The notes below the pieces were generated by a model. The model saw nothing but the letters and a program-made list of their open reading frames with translations, made no database searches and was not told the DNA's origin. A program made the translations under genes and the position numbers. This document shows, piece after piece, positions 37,106 through 47,127 of a stretch of 64,000 bases of DNA (positions are counted from its first letter, which is position 1; every line of letters starts with the position of its first letter). The DNA is taken from contig CAWGBN010000007.1 of NCBI GenBank assembly GCA_963820825.1, forward strand, positions 224,001 through 288,000. Direction: 5' to 3'. The DNA is from Vulcanimicrobiota bacterium. Lineage in GTDB: Bacteria > Vulcanimicrobiota > Vulcanimicrobiia > Vulcanimicrobiales > Vulcanimicrobiaceae.

Positions 37106-38344
37106 GTGCCGTTTCGCATCGTCGCGCTGCTCCTCGCAGCGTTCCTGATCGCCGCCGCAGCGCGCTCGCCCTACGGAGACCGCGCGACCGGAAGAATTGC
37201 GGCAACGTCGTGGCCGTATCTGCCCGGTAGCCTGATACCGCTACAGGTAAACGGCTTCGGCGCGCCCTATCATGCAATGCTGCTCGGCCCCGGACGACTC
37301 ACCGCTAACGATCTCTACGAAATTCCGCAAGACGTCCAGAGCGGAGAGGCGCTGCTCGTCGCGGGAAATGCCGCCGGCCTCGCGGCGGCGCGCCTGCGCA
37401 TCGCAACGCCGCCCTCGCCCGGCCGCGCCCTGCTCGTCGTCGCCTCGTACGACGACGGCCTCGTCGTGCATGACGCACACACCTTCTCGGTGATCGGCGT
37501 CCTGGCAACCGGCGGAAGCCCCAGCGACGCTGCAATCGACGCGCGGGGACGCGTCGCCGCGACCGATACGCAAGGCGACACGTTGACGCTCGCTACGCTC
37601 TCTCCGTGGAGCGTCGCCCGCGTCGGCGGCGTCCCGGCCGGCGACGAGGTTGCAATCGATTCGAGTACCGGCGCGATCTTCGTGACCAATCGCGACGCGA
37701 ACGGCGGGGCGCTTACGCGCGTGGCCGCCGACGGCAGCGTGACTCGCGTCGCAACCGGCGAGACCGCCGAAGGCGTCGCCATCGACGATCGCCGCCAGAT
37801 CGTCTACGTCGCCAACGCGAACGATGGAACCGTCGCCGCGGTTGATGCGCGATCGATGCGCGTCTTGCGGCGATTCTTCGTCGTCGACCGGATCTTCTCG
37901 CTCGCGCTCTCTCCCGACGGTAACCGGCTCTTCGGCATCTCGAACCAGAGCGCCGGCTCGCTCTTCGCCGCAGCCGGCTCGGCCGTTGCAGTGGCGGTGA
38001 ATGCGTCCAAGCCGCGCGTCGTGGCGCGAAGCGGCGATCTCGCTTTCCCGCTCGGCCTAGCGCTCGACCCCAACGCGATGACGCTCTTCGTAACCGACGA
38101 GAGCCTCGGCCTCATCGACGTCCTCGACGCGCGCACGCTGCGTCCCAAACGCGCGCCGCTGCATACCTGCTCGACTCCATGGAAACCCTCGCTCGATCCG
38201 ATAAGCGGACGGCTCTACGTGCCGTGTGCACGCGCAAATGCGGTCGACGCGATCGACGCGCGCACGCTGCGCCGCGTGAGCGGAGCGCCGTTTTCTACCG
38301 GAAGCTATCCGCTCGCAGTCGCGGCATGGCCCTCGAGCAAATGA
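37106..38344 (+). CDS. YncE/YVTN-type secreted beta-propeller protein
   Basis: Signal peptide; repeats such as GVAID..VYVAN..DGTVAAVD and LALSPDG. Confidence 0.8.
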   Translation: MPFRIVALLLAAFLIAAAARSPYGDRATGRIAATSWPYLPGSLIPLQVNGFGAPYHAMLLGPGRLTANDLYEIPQDVQSGEALLVAGNAAGLAAARLRIATPPSPGRALLVVASYDDGLVVHDAHTFSVIGVLATGGSPSDAAIDARGRVAATDTQGDTLTLATLSPWSVARVGGVPAGDEVAIDSSTGAIFVTNRDANGGALTRVAADGSVTRVATGETAEGVAIDDRRQIVYVANANDGTVAAVDARSMRVLRRFFVVDRIFSLALSPDGNRLFGISNQSAGSLFAAAGSAVAVAVNASKPRVVARSGDLAFPLGLALDPNAMTLFVTDESLGLIDVLDARTLRPKRAPLHTCSTPWKPSLDPISGRLYVPCARANAVDAIDARTLRRVSGAPFSTGSYPLAVAAWPSSK

Positions 38345-40455
38345 GATTCGCAGCCTGCAGCCTTCTCATTTTTTTCCTCGCGGCAGCCGGCACGGCGCGC
38401 GCCGATCTCCTCCCCGAGCGGATCGCACCGAGCGCGCCGTTCCCGGCGATCGTCGAAGAAGCGCCAACCCTTGAGAGCGTCGCACCCGGCGTAGAGTATG
38501 GCGATTACCTGCTCGAGACCGATGCCGGTCCGCTCGCCGTGCACGTCGTCGCGGTGGCGGGGCACCGCGCCGATGTGAAGCTCGGTTCGGTCGTCGCCGG
38601 CGATTCGCTCGTCTCGCACGGCGAAACGGTCGGTTCCATGGCGCGCCGCACGCGCGCGGTTGCCGGAATCAACGGCGATTTCTTCGATATCGGAAATACC
38701 AATCGCCCCGTGAACATGGTCGTACGCGACGGAGCGCTGCTCCAGCTTCCCTACAAGCGTTACGTGCTCGCGGTGGCCCGCGACGGATCCGCGCATATCG
38801 CCGAGTTCAGTTTCTCCGGAGAGATCGTCATCAACGATCGCGCGGTGCCGCTCGACGGCATCGACGAGATGCCGCAGCCCGGCGGGGGCATCTCGCTGCT
38901 GACGCCGCTCTACGGCCGCGTGCCGCCGCGCGACAACGTCACCTTACTTCCGCTTCAACTGCTCGACGGCGTTGCGCCGCTGGCACGGTACCGCGTGACC
39001 GGTGTCGCCGATAATCTCAGCCCGCAGCCGCCCGGGTATTACGCCGCGATCGGTCCCGAGGATTACTCGGTAATCGGCGTACCCGATCCCGGCACGATCG
39101 TCACGGCGAGCGGCGACTTGCAACCGTTCGGCTTGGCCAATCTCAGCGCCGCGGTGGGCGGCGGCGCACTCGTTCTGCACGGCGGGCAATGGTACGACGA
39201 TCCCGACGCGCCCTATCGTGAGGAGAACGCTCGCCGCATGCCCTGTTCGGGCGCGGCACTCGCACCGGATGGGCGAATCTTCCTCCTCGAGGTCGACGGC
39301 CGCCAGCCCGAAATCAGCGTCGGCGTCACGCGCCCGCAATTCTCCGCGCTGATGCACGCGCTTGGCGCGACGGAAGGCTTACTGCTCGACGGCGGCGGTT
39401 CGTCGACGCTGGTCGTGCGCCGGCTCGGCGAGAGCGTTGCGTCGATGGTAAACTCGCCCTCCGACGGCAAGGAGCGCCCCATTTCAGACGGGCTCTTCGT
39501 CTACAGCACCGCTCCCGCGGGACCGCCGGTTCGTCTCGTCGCGCGCCCGGGAATCGTGCGCGCGACGAGCGGCGCGGAGGTTCCGCTTCGCATCGCTGCG
39601 GTCGACGCGGCCGATCACGTCGCCGCGAGCGAAGCTCCCGTCGAGGCGAGCGTGAATCCGGCGCGGCTCGGCTATTTCCGCAAAGGCACGTTCGTCGCGC
39701 TCCATTCCGGGACCGGAGAACTCGTGCTGCGCGGAGGCGGCCTCAAAGGCAGCGTGTCGCTCGAAATCGCCGCGGCGCCGGCTCGGATCGCGATCGCGCC
39801 GGCTCGGCCGAACGTCGATCCCAATTCGACGATCGCGCTCGAGGCGCGCGCGTACGACCCGCGCGGCTACAAGCTCGCGCTTCCGCCGATTCTGCGCTGG
39901 AGCGCTACCGCCGGAACGATCGACAACTCGGGAAGATTTCACGCCGGATCGCAGGACGCGAACGTCGCGGTACGTATCGGAAGCGCGGCGGCCGGCGTGC
40001 GCGTGACCGTGGGCTCGCACCTGGCCGCAATACCGTTCGCGCAGAACGCGCGCTTCCTTACCGTGCGTCGCGGCGGTGCCGGCGGCGCGGAGCGCAATGC
40101 CGGCTGCGCGACCTGCGTCCGGCTCAACTTCTCGTTTGGAAACGGAGAACGCGCGGCCTACGCCGCGAGCAACATCTCGCTTCCCGACGATACGATCGGC
40201 CTCGCCTTCGAGCTGCAGGACGACGGAAGCGCGGCGCGCGTTCGCGTAGCGGTACGCAACGAGATCAACGAGGACGTCTTGCTCGACGCAACGCAGCTGG
40301 GGCAACCCGGCTGGCGAAACGTCGTCGTGCGCTTCCCCACCGATACGCGGGCCGCGCGCTTGATGTCGATCTACGTCCTGCCGCCCAAGGGCATCGAGCT
40401 CTCCGAGGGCAGCATCGTTCTCAGGAACGTGCGGGCAATCGTCGCGGGCCACTGA
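38341..40455 (+). CDS. Secreted phosphodiester glycosidase (NAGPA/DUF2233) family protein with C-terminal beta-sandwich domains
   Basis: GINGDFF, VDGRQ, LDGGGSS and NSPSDG motifs; signal peptide from ATG 38341. Confidence 0.85.
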   Translation: MRFAACSLLIFFLAAAGTARADLLPERIAPSAPFPAIVEEAPTLESVAPGVEYGDYLLETDAGPLAVHVVAVAGHRADVKLGSVVAGDSLVSHGETVGSMARRTRAVAGINGDFFDIGNTNRPVNMVVRDGALLQLPYKRYVLAVARDGSAHIAEFSFSGEIVINDRAVPLDGIDEMPQPGGGISLLTPLYGRVPPRDNVTLLPLQLLDGVAPLARYRVTGVADNLSPQPPGYYAAIGPEDYSVIGVPDPGTIVTASGDLQPFGLANLSAAVGGGALVLHGGQWYDDPDAPYREENARRMPCSGAALAPDGRIFLLEVDGRQPEISVGVTRPQFSALMHALGATEGLLLDGGGSSTLVVRRLGESVASMVNSPSDGKERPISDGLFVYSTAPAGPPVRLVARPGIVRATSGAEVPLRIAAVDAADHVAASEAPVEASVNPARLGYFRKGTFVALHSGTGELVLRGGGLKGSVSLEIAAAPARIAIAPARPNVDPNSTIALEARAYDPRGYKLALPPILRWSATAGTIDNSGRFHAGSQDANVAVRIGSAAAGVRVTVGSHLAAIPFAQNARFLTVRRGGAGGAERNAGCATCVRLNFSFGNGERAAYAASNISLPDDTIGLAFELQDDGSAARVRVAVRNEINEDVLLDATQLGQPGWRNVVVRFPTDTRAARLMSIYVLPPKGIELSEGSIVLRNVRAIVAGH

Positions 40456-41353
40456 GCAGCGTCGCGGCGCCGCCGAGGACGAGCAGCACGCCGCAAACGG
40501 TAGCGAGAAGATTCGGGGCCGCGATCGCTTCGACGGCGGGATAGGTCGCGATCGTTCCCTTCAAAATCAAACCGCCGGTGCTTACGGCGCGTCCGCCGGA
40601 GCTTAGCCCAATTGCATGCGCGATCGGCCGATCGTGCTCGTCGTCGACCGCGAAGAGCACCGCCGGTTCGCCGAGCTGCGCACCGCCGTGCAGCATCATC
40701 GCGGTTTGGGCGGGCGTGAACGCGATCGCCTTGACGACGCGCCGCAGCGCCGGAACGTTGAACGAATCGTACGGAACGTCGAGTCCGGCAATCGTCTGCC
40801 GGTGCTGCATCAGCAGCACCGGCGAGAGAAATACGGTACCCGAAGGCTGCGTCACGGTCAGACGATTCCCGCGAGGATCGCGCGCTTCGACGTAGACCAC
40901 GCTACGTTGGATCGTCCGGAGGATGAAGTTGCCGGAGTCGCGCCGGCGTTCGCCGATCGCGACGGACGAGCGCATCGGCCGCTCGAGCGTCACTGAATCC
41001 GCGACCGTGCTATCGGCCGATGCGAGCGGAAAGACGAGCACGCCGAGCGATTCGATGCGAATTCGCTGCCCCGGCGCGCCGACGTACGTCTGATTGTCGG
41101 GCGCGAAGAGCCCGCTCGCCACTCCGGCTAGTCCTACGATTACCGAGCCGGCGACGAAGACCAGCGCGGCGATTCGGTTGCGTATCGTATCGGCGCGGCG
41201 ATAGCATCCTCGCCCCGCGGCAACGCTCACCACGACGAGCGCGACGAGCAGCACGTTATACCATCCCGCGTGATAGACGGGTTGGCCCGGGAGGATTAAC
41301 TCGACCAGCACTGCGGCTGCAGCGGCGACGGCAGCCGCGAGAAATAGGATCAC
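40421..41353 (-). CDS. Membrane protein, ResB-like architecture (possible cytochrome c biogenesis-related)
   Basis: Three N-terminal TMs with VYHAGWY, large extracytoplasmic domain and C-terminal TM; coupled to a TlpA/ResA gene. Confidence 0.45.
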   Translation of the reverse strand: MILFLAAAVAAAAAVLVELILPGQPVYHAGWYNVLLVALVVVSVAAGRGCYRRADTIRNRIAALVFVAGSVIVGLAGVASGLFAPDNQTYVGAPGQRIRIESLGVLVFPLASADSTVADSVTLERPMRSSVAIGERRRDSGNFILRTIQRSVVYVEARDPRGNRLTVTQPSGTVFLSPVLLMQHRQTIAGLDVPYDSFNVPALRRVVKAIAFTPAQTAMMLHGGAQLGEPAVLFAVDDEHDRPIAHAIGLSSGGRAVSTGGLILKGTIATYPAVEAIAAPNLLATVCGVLLVLGGAATLLSGPRRLPARS

Positions 41354-41883
41354 TTCGACGCAACGAGCGGCGCGACGGCCGACTCCATCTGTGCGTAGGT
41401 TAACGCGCCGTCGAATCCGCGCACGACGACTCCGCGCCGGTCGAGGATCACCGTCGTCGGCAGACCGAGCGCCGCGTAGGTTCGGCCGTAGCGCTGCGAG
41501 ACGTCGACCCAAATCGGAAAGGCAATGCGCAGCGAGTCGGCGTAGGCGCGCGCGCGCTCCGGCGACTCACCCTCGTTGACGCCGACGATTACGATCGGTT
41601 TTCCGGCGTAGGCATTGGCGAGCCGCTGCAAGTCGGGCATCTCGGCGCGGCACGGCGGACACCACGACGCCCAGAGATTCATCAGGACCACACGTCCGCG
41701 GTAGCGATCGAGCGAGACGCTCGCCCCGCGATCGTCGCGCAACGCAAAGACCGGCGCCGCTTCGCCCACGAGGCCCTCCGGACCGCCGGGGCGGTTCGTC
41801 GGCGAGATGAAGAACGGCTCCAGCACGAAGAATGCGACGACGATCGTAACCGCGCCGACGGCCCAGACGATATAACGGGACAT
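41350..41883 (-). CDS. TlpA/ResA family thiol-disulfide oxidoreductase
   Basis: N-terminal TM, NLWASWCPPCRAEMP and GLPTT motifs. Confidence 0.92.
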   Translation of the reverse strand: MSRYIVWAVGAVTIVVAFFVLEPFFISPTNRPGGPEGLVGEAAPVFALRDDRGASVSLDRYRGRVVLMNLWASWCPPCRAEMPDLQRLANAYAGKPIVIVGVNEGESPERARAYADSLRIAFPIWVDVSQRYGRTYAALGLPTTVILDRRGVVVRGFDGALTYAQMESAVAPLVASK

Positions 41884-41971
41884 TCGTGAGCCGTCTGCGG
41901 CGCGAGCCGCGGCTAACCCTACCGCACCGCCGACTAGGTTCCGATCCGCCGTCGAACGAAACGCCGACGGC

Positions 41972-42826
41972 GTGCCTGCCCTGATTCTCGACGGAAGAAC
42001 GCTCGCCGCCGACTTGCGCACCGAACTCGTCGCTCGTACGAGCGCGCTGCGCGCTGCGGGCGTTCACCCCAAACTCGTCGTGGTCTTCGTCGGCGAGAAC
42101 GAATCGAGCCTCGCCTACATCCGCAATCTCGAACGAATGGGCGAGCGGGTCGGGATTGCCGTCGAGGTCGACTGCCTGGCCGAAAGTGCGCCGGCTTCGG
42201 AGATCCGCGAACGTTTGGAGTTGCTGCACGGCGACGCGCGCGTGCACGGCGTGATGCTGCAACAGCCCTTGCCGCCGCACCTCGCGATACGCGAGATCGC
42301 CGACGCCATTCCACCGCACAAAGACGTCGACGGCGCGCATCCGACGAATCAAGGTCATCTCGCGTTCGGCAGCGGCACGGAGTACGTACCCGCCACGCCG
42401 GCCGCGGTAATGCTCCTGCTCGAGCGCAGCCCGCACTGGCCGCTGCGCGGACGTCGCGCCGTCATGATCGGCCGCTCGATCGTCGTGGGCGCACCGGTCG
42501 CGATGCTGATGCTCGCGCAAGATGCAACCGTCACGATCCTTCACAAAGAATCGGCGAGCTTACAGCCCTACGTCAAAATGGCCGAGATCGTCGTGGTCGC
42601 GGCGGGAGTGCCGGGATTGATACGCGGCGACGACATCGCGCCCGGCACAACGGTCATCGACGTCGGCACCACGCTCGTCGACGGCGTCCTCAAAGGCGAC
42701 GTGCACTTTACCAGCGCGGCCGAGGTTGCCGGAGCGATCACACCGGTTCCGGGAGGCGTCGGACCGGTTACCAATGTTGCGCTCCTGCGCAACGTCGTCA
42801 AGGCCGCCGAACGCGCAGGTTGGTAG
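41972..42826 (+). CDS. folD: Methylenetetrahydrofolate dehydrogenase/cyclohydrolase FolD
   Basis: KDVDG, PATP, GRSIVVG, IDVG and ITPVPGGVGP motifs. Confidence 0.93.
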   Translation: MPALILDGRTLAADLRTELVARTSALRAAGVHPKLVVVFVGENESSLAYIRNLERMGERVGIAVEVDCLAESAPASEIRERLELLHGDARVHGVMLQQPLPPHLAIREIADAIPPHKDVDGAHPTNQGHLAFGSGTEYVPATPAAVMLLLERSPHWPLRGRRAVMIGRSIVVGAPVAMLMLAQDATVTILHKESASLQPYVKMAEIVVVAAGVPGLIRGDDIAPGTTVIDVGTTLVDGVLKGDVHFTSAAEVAGAITPVPGGVGPVTNVALLRNVVKAAERAGW

Positions 42827-42851
42827 TCGCGCTGCGCCCAAAGCGAGTCGG

Positions 42852-43427
42852 GTGATCTCCGAGGAGCGGCTGCGCGAACTCGACGCAGTGCACCCACCGC
42901 CGCACCCTTTGCTGATCGAACTCGAGACGCGCAGCGTGCACGCCGGCGTCCCGCTCGTTTCGCGCATCACCGGTCGCTTCTTGGCGACGATCGTGACCGC
43001 GATGCAGGCAAACCGCATTTTGGAGGTCGGAACCGGATACGGATACTCGACCCTCTGGATGGCGCTCGCGCAGCCCAGCGCCGGCCGGATCTGGACGATC
43101 GATCCGGACGCCTCGCGCACCGACGTCGCTCGCTTCTACTTCTCGCAAGCGGCCGAAGACGATAACATCGAGGTCTTCAATACACCCGCGCTGGAGTTGC
43201 TCGAGAACTTTCCGCACCGCAATCTCGACGTCGTCTTCGTTGCCGCGAACAAGCGCGAATATCCCGACTATCTCGAGCTCGTGATTCCGATGCTCAAGCT
43301 CTCGGGAGTCGTCATCTTCGACGATTCTCTGGCGATGCCCGAGTTTGCGCACCGGTTTCTCAATCACCCGGCACTCGACGCGACGGTTCTTCCGCTCGGC
43401 ATCGGTATCGGTGCGCGGCGCCAATGA
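42852..43427 (+). CDS. Class I SAM-dependent O-methyltransferase
   Basis: ILEVGTGYGYSTLW motif I; GTG start at 42852. Confidence 0.85.
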   Translation: MISEERLRELDAVHPPPHPLLIELETRSVHAGVPLVSRITGRFLATIVTAMQANRILEVGTGYGYSTLWMALAQPSAGRIWTIDPDASRTDVARFYFSQAAEDDNIEVFNTPALELLENFPHRNLDVVFVAANKREYPDYLELVIPMLKLSGVVIFDDSLAMPEFAHRFLNHPALDATVLPLGIGIGARRQ

Positions 43428-43906
43428 CCAGCGCCGAGGCGTTCCGCCACGCGATGCGGCGCGTTCCGACCGGGGTCACCGTTGTGACGACGCTCAAGGA
43501 GGGCGAGCCACGCGGCATCACCGTCAACGCCTTTGCCAGCGTCTCGCTCGACCCGCCCTCGCTGCTGATCTGCGTCAACCGTGAGGCGCGCAGCTACCTC
43601 TTCATATCGAGCTCGCGGATCTTCTGCGTCAACGTGCTCGCCGGGGATCAGCGCCGGCTCGCCGAGCATTTTTCCGGAAAGGTGCGCGACCGCCAGTTTG
43701 CCGAGATCGGCTACACGGTCGACGCGACCGGCGCGCCGGTCTTAAACGGAGCGATCGCACACTTCGATTGCGAGCTCGCCGGCGAACATCACATCGGTTC
43801 GCACTCGATTCTCGTCGGGACCGTGATTTCGTGCAACGCGCGCCCCGGCTCGCCGCTGGGGTACTTCAACGGCGGCTTTCACGACTTCGGCATTCAGATC
43901 GAGTAG
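43424..43906 (+). CDS. Flavin reductase family protein
   Basis: FRHAM..VPTGVTVVT, SVSLDPP and GSHSILVG motifs. Confidence 0.92.
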   Translation: MTSAEAFRHAMRRVPTGVTVVTTLKEGEPRGITVNAFASVSLDPPSLLICVNREARSYLFISSSRIFCVNVLAGDQRRLAEHFSGKVRDRQFAEIGYTVDATGAPVLNGAIAHFDCELAGEHHIGSHSILVGTVISCNARPGSPLGYFNGGFHDFGIQIE

Positions 43907-43913
43907 GTGAACC

Positions 43914-44552
43914 TTGATCGTTGAGACGTTTCCCGTCGGGCCGTTGGCGTGTAACTGCACGATCTTCGCCGACGAAGCGACGAACGAGGCGATCGTCGTC
44001 GATGGGGGCGATGGCGTCGACGACGTTGCCGCTCGGCTCAAGCGTAACGGCTGGCGCGCGAAATTCTTGCTTCATACCCACGCGCACATCGACCACATCG
44101 GCGATCTCGGGCGGTTGCGCGAGCTCACCGGCGCGGCCGGCTTGCTTCATCCCGACGATCTGCCGCTCTATCGCGCCCTCCCGATGCAATCGCTCATGCT
44201 CGGCCTCCCGCAAGCGCCGGCGGTCGTCGCGCTCGACGGCGAGCTGCGCGACGGCGATCTCATCGAGGTGGGCGGCGTCCGTGGCCGAGTGCTCCACACG
44301 CCGGGACACACGCCGGGCAGCGTCTGCTTCGAAATCGGGGGCGAGAGACCGGTGCTGCTTACCGGCGACACGCTCTTCGCCGGCTCGATCGGGCGCTGGG
44401 ATCTCGGCGGCACGTCCATGGAGGATATCGTCGACTCGATTCACCGCAAGCTGCTGCCGTACGACGATGCGACGCCGGTCGTTCCCGGACACGGACCCTC
44501 TACGACGATCGGAATCGAGCGCCGTACGAACCCCTATCTCGTCAATGGCTGA
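43914..44552 (+). CDS. MBL-fold hydrolase (glyoxalase II-like)
   Basis: THAHIDH, TPGHTPG, TGDTLF..SIGR and PGHG motifs. Confidence 0.92.
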   Translation: MIVETFPVGPLACNCTIFADEATNEAIVVDGGDGVDDVAARLKRNGWRAKFLLHTHAHIDHIGDLGRLRELTGAAGLLHPDDLPLYRALPMQSLMLGLPQAPAVVALDGELRDGDLIEVGGVRGRVLHTPGHTPGSVCFEIGGERPVLLTGDTLFAGSIGRWDLGGTSMEDIVDSIHRKLLPYDDATPVVPGHGPSTTIGIERRTNPYLVNG

Positions 44553-45123
44553 AAGGGCTTCGCGCAAGCGGCGGCTCTTCGTTGGAATCGATCTGGACGA
44601 ATCGGCGCGCGTGGCTTGCGCGGCGCTCTCCGGCGAGCTGCGCCGAACCGGATTCGACGCGCGCTATGACGCGCCTGAGAAACTGCACGTAACGCTGGCG
44701 TTCTTGGGCTTCGTCGAGCCGTCGCGCTGCGACGCGATCGCGGAGAGCCTTGCCACGGTCGCGGCCGGCGCGGCGCCGCTGACCGTTTCGCTCGACCGGC
44801 TCGGGGCCTTTCCGCACGAGCGAAAGCCGCGCATCGTCTACATCGGCGCGCGCGAGCAAGGTGCGGCGTTTCGCACCCTCGCCAGCCGAGTCCGCGCCGA
44901 ATACGCAAGCCTCGGTTTCGACTTCCGCAACGACCCCGTCGCCCACGTCACCATCGCGCGCGTCAAGGAGCGCAGCAGACCGCTTCCACTCATTGAGTTT
45001 GCACCCGTCGCGCTCGAGGTTCGAGAACTCGCGCTCTTCGAATCGCTCCCCGACCCCGCGAACGACACCTCCCGCTACGAGATCCTAACCCGGGCACCAC
45101 TCGCATCTATACCGTCGGGCTAG
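44545..45123 (+). CDS. thpR: RNA 2',3'-cyclic phosphodiesterase (2H family)
   Basis: RLFVGI and two HxT motifs (LHVTLAFLG, AHVTIAR). Confidence 0.88.
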   Translation: MAERASRKRRLFVGIDLDESARVACAALSGELRRTGFDARYDAPEKLHVTLAFLGFVEPSRCDAIAESLATVAAGAAPLTVSLDRLGAFPHERKPRIVYIGAREQGAAFRTLASRVRAEYASLGFDFRNDPVAHVTIARVKERSRPLPLIEFAPVALEVRELALFESLPDPANDTSRYEILTRAPLASIPSG

Positions 45124-45620
45124 TGCAAGTTGATAGTGAGCTTGCCGCCGCCCGCGCCGTTGGAAGCAGACGCCGCAACGGCGGGCTCCGCTTTCGCCGG
45201 CGCTTCGCCGGCAGGACGCGCCATCGCCGCGTAGTCGGGTACTTTGCCCGAAGCGACTCTCTCGCGATAATCGTCGATCGCGACGTGGAGCGCCTCGAGG
45301 GCGCGTTCGGGATAATCCTTCTTCTTCTCGGGGTAGCCGTCGAGTTCGCGCTCGATGTCGCCGCTGGTAATCGCGGCCGCTTCGTCGATCGTCTTTCCCC
45401 TGGCAAGGTTTACGACCAGGCTGCACGTCGCCGTGCCGAAGCCGCAGCCCGTGGTAAAGTACGAGATGTCCTCGATCACCGCGGCCGGGCCGACCTTCAA
45501 GAAAAAGTTATACATGTCGCCGCACGAGTCGCTGAAATACTCGCCGCTTGCCGTCGGGTTCTCCATCGTCCGGAACCCGCTGCGCTCTTCGACCAATCGT
45601 TGAAACTTCGGAAAATCCAT
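45120..45620 (-). CDS. IscU/NifU-N-like Fe-S scaffold protein (atypical)
   Basis: SCGD and TGCGFGTATCS motifs, GKTIDEA, IERELDG; start ATG 45620. Confidence 0.8.
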   Translation of the reverse strand: MDFPKFQRLVEERSGFRTMENPTASGEYFSDSCGDMYNFFLKVGPAAVIEDISYFTTGCGFGTATCSLVVNLARGKTIDEAAAITSGDIERELDGYPEKKKDYPERALEALHVAIDDYRERVASGKVPDYAAMARPAGEAPAKAEPAVAASASNGAGGGKLTINLH

Positions 45621-45625
45621 TACGT

Positions 45626-46267
45626 TTAAATAACTTTCTGTTCGGGATGAAGCTCGAAGCGGCACTCTTTTCCGCCGTGCGCGAGCGATTCGGTCTGCGC
45701 GTGCTCTCCGCCGAGCGTCTCGTCGATCACGTGGTGGATTACTTGGCAGACCTCGGGGTGCTCCTTCGCGGCACTCGAGTACGGGCAGCTGTGTTCGTGC
45801 AGGGCGAAGCCGCCGTCGATCAAACTGTACTCCGCGACGACGCCGCTTTTGCGAAGCATCTCGGTGAGCTGCGCGACCTTCTCTTCGGCCTCGGTCGCCG
45901 TCACCGAGAGACGCGCGCGCTCGACGGCACGCCGCGATAGCCCCTCGAAGACCTGCTCGACGCCGGCGGAGCCGAACTGCGAGCGCAGCTCGCGCAATAC
46001 GGCGGTGAGCATCTTGTCGTAAGCCTGCGGAAAGAGCTTGTCGGCGTCGGCCGTCAGCGAAAACTCGTAGGTCGGCTTGGTCGGGCCGCGCCGGACCGGC
46101 GTCTCAGCGACGAGGCCGTCGCGCTCGAGCACCACGAGCTGCTGGCGCACCGCGTTGGGCGAGAGCCCGAACGACCGAGCCAGATCGGTGGCGGAAGCCG
46201 AGCCTCGGCGGCGCAGCTCGCTCACGATCTTGCCTCGGGTCGTCTGAAAAAAGCGGTCGGCGTGCAT
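45626..46267 (-). CDS. sufR: SufR-like Fe-S-sensing HTH transcriptional regulator
   Basis: N-terminal wHTH (TRGKIV..AVRQQL..LERDGLV), C-terminal HSCPY..HPEVC..ECRF; divergent from sufC. Confidence 0.78.
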   Translation of the reverse strand: MHADRFFQTTRGKIVSELRRRGSASATDLARSFGLSPNAVRQQLVVLERDGLVAETPVRRGPTKPTYEFSLTADADKLFPQAYDKMLTAVLRELRSQFGSAGVEQVFEGLSRRAVERARLSVTATEAEEKVAQLTEMLRKSGVVAEYSLIDGGFALHEHSCPYSSAAKEHPEVCQVIHHVIDETLGGEHAQTESLAHGGKECRFELHPEQKVI

Positions 46268-46278
46268 CTATGGACGCT

Positions 46279-46346
46279 ATCCTAGCACGGGGAGCGCGAG
46301 ATAGTAAAGTTTTTCCTTGACTTTCTAAGAGAGCCTCGGCTACCAT
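46279..46346. promoter_or_regulatory. Divergent sufR/sufC promoters with a palindromic operator
   Basis: Plus strand: TTGACT (46317-22), 18 nt, TACCAT (46341-46). Minus strand: TTTACT...TGCTAGGAT. Imperfect palindrome AGATAGTAAAG-N6-CTTGACTTTCT (46299-46326). Confidence 0.55.
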
Positions 46347-46353
46347 AAATCGC

Positions 46354-47119
<766 letters not shown>

Positions 47120-47127
<8 letters not shown>

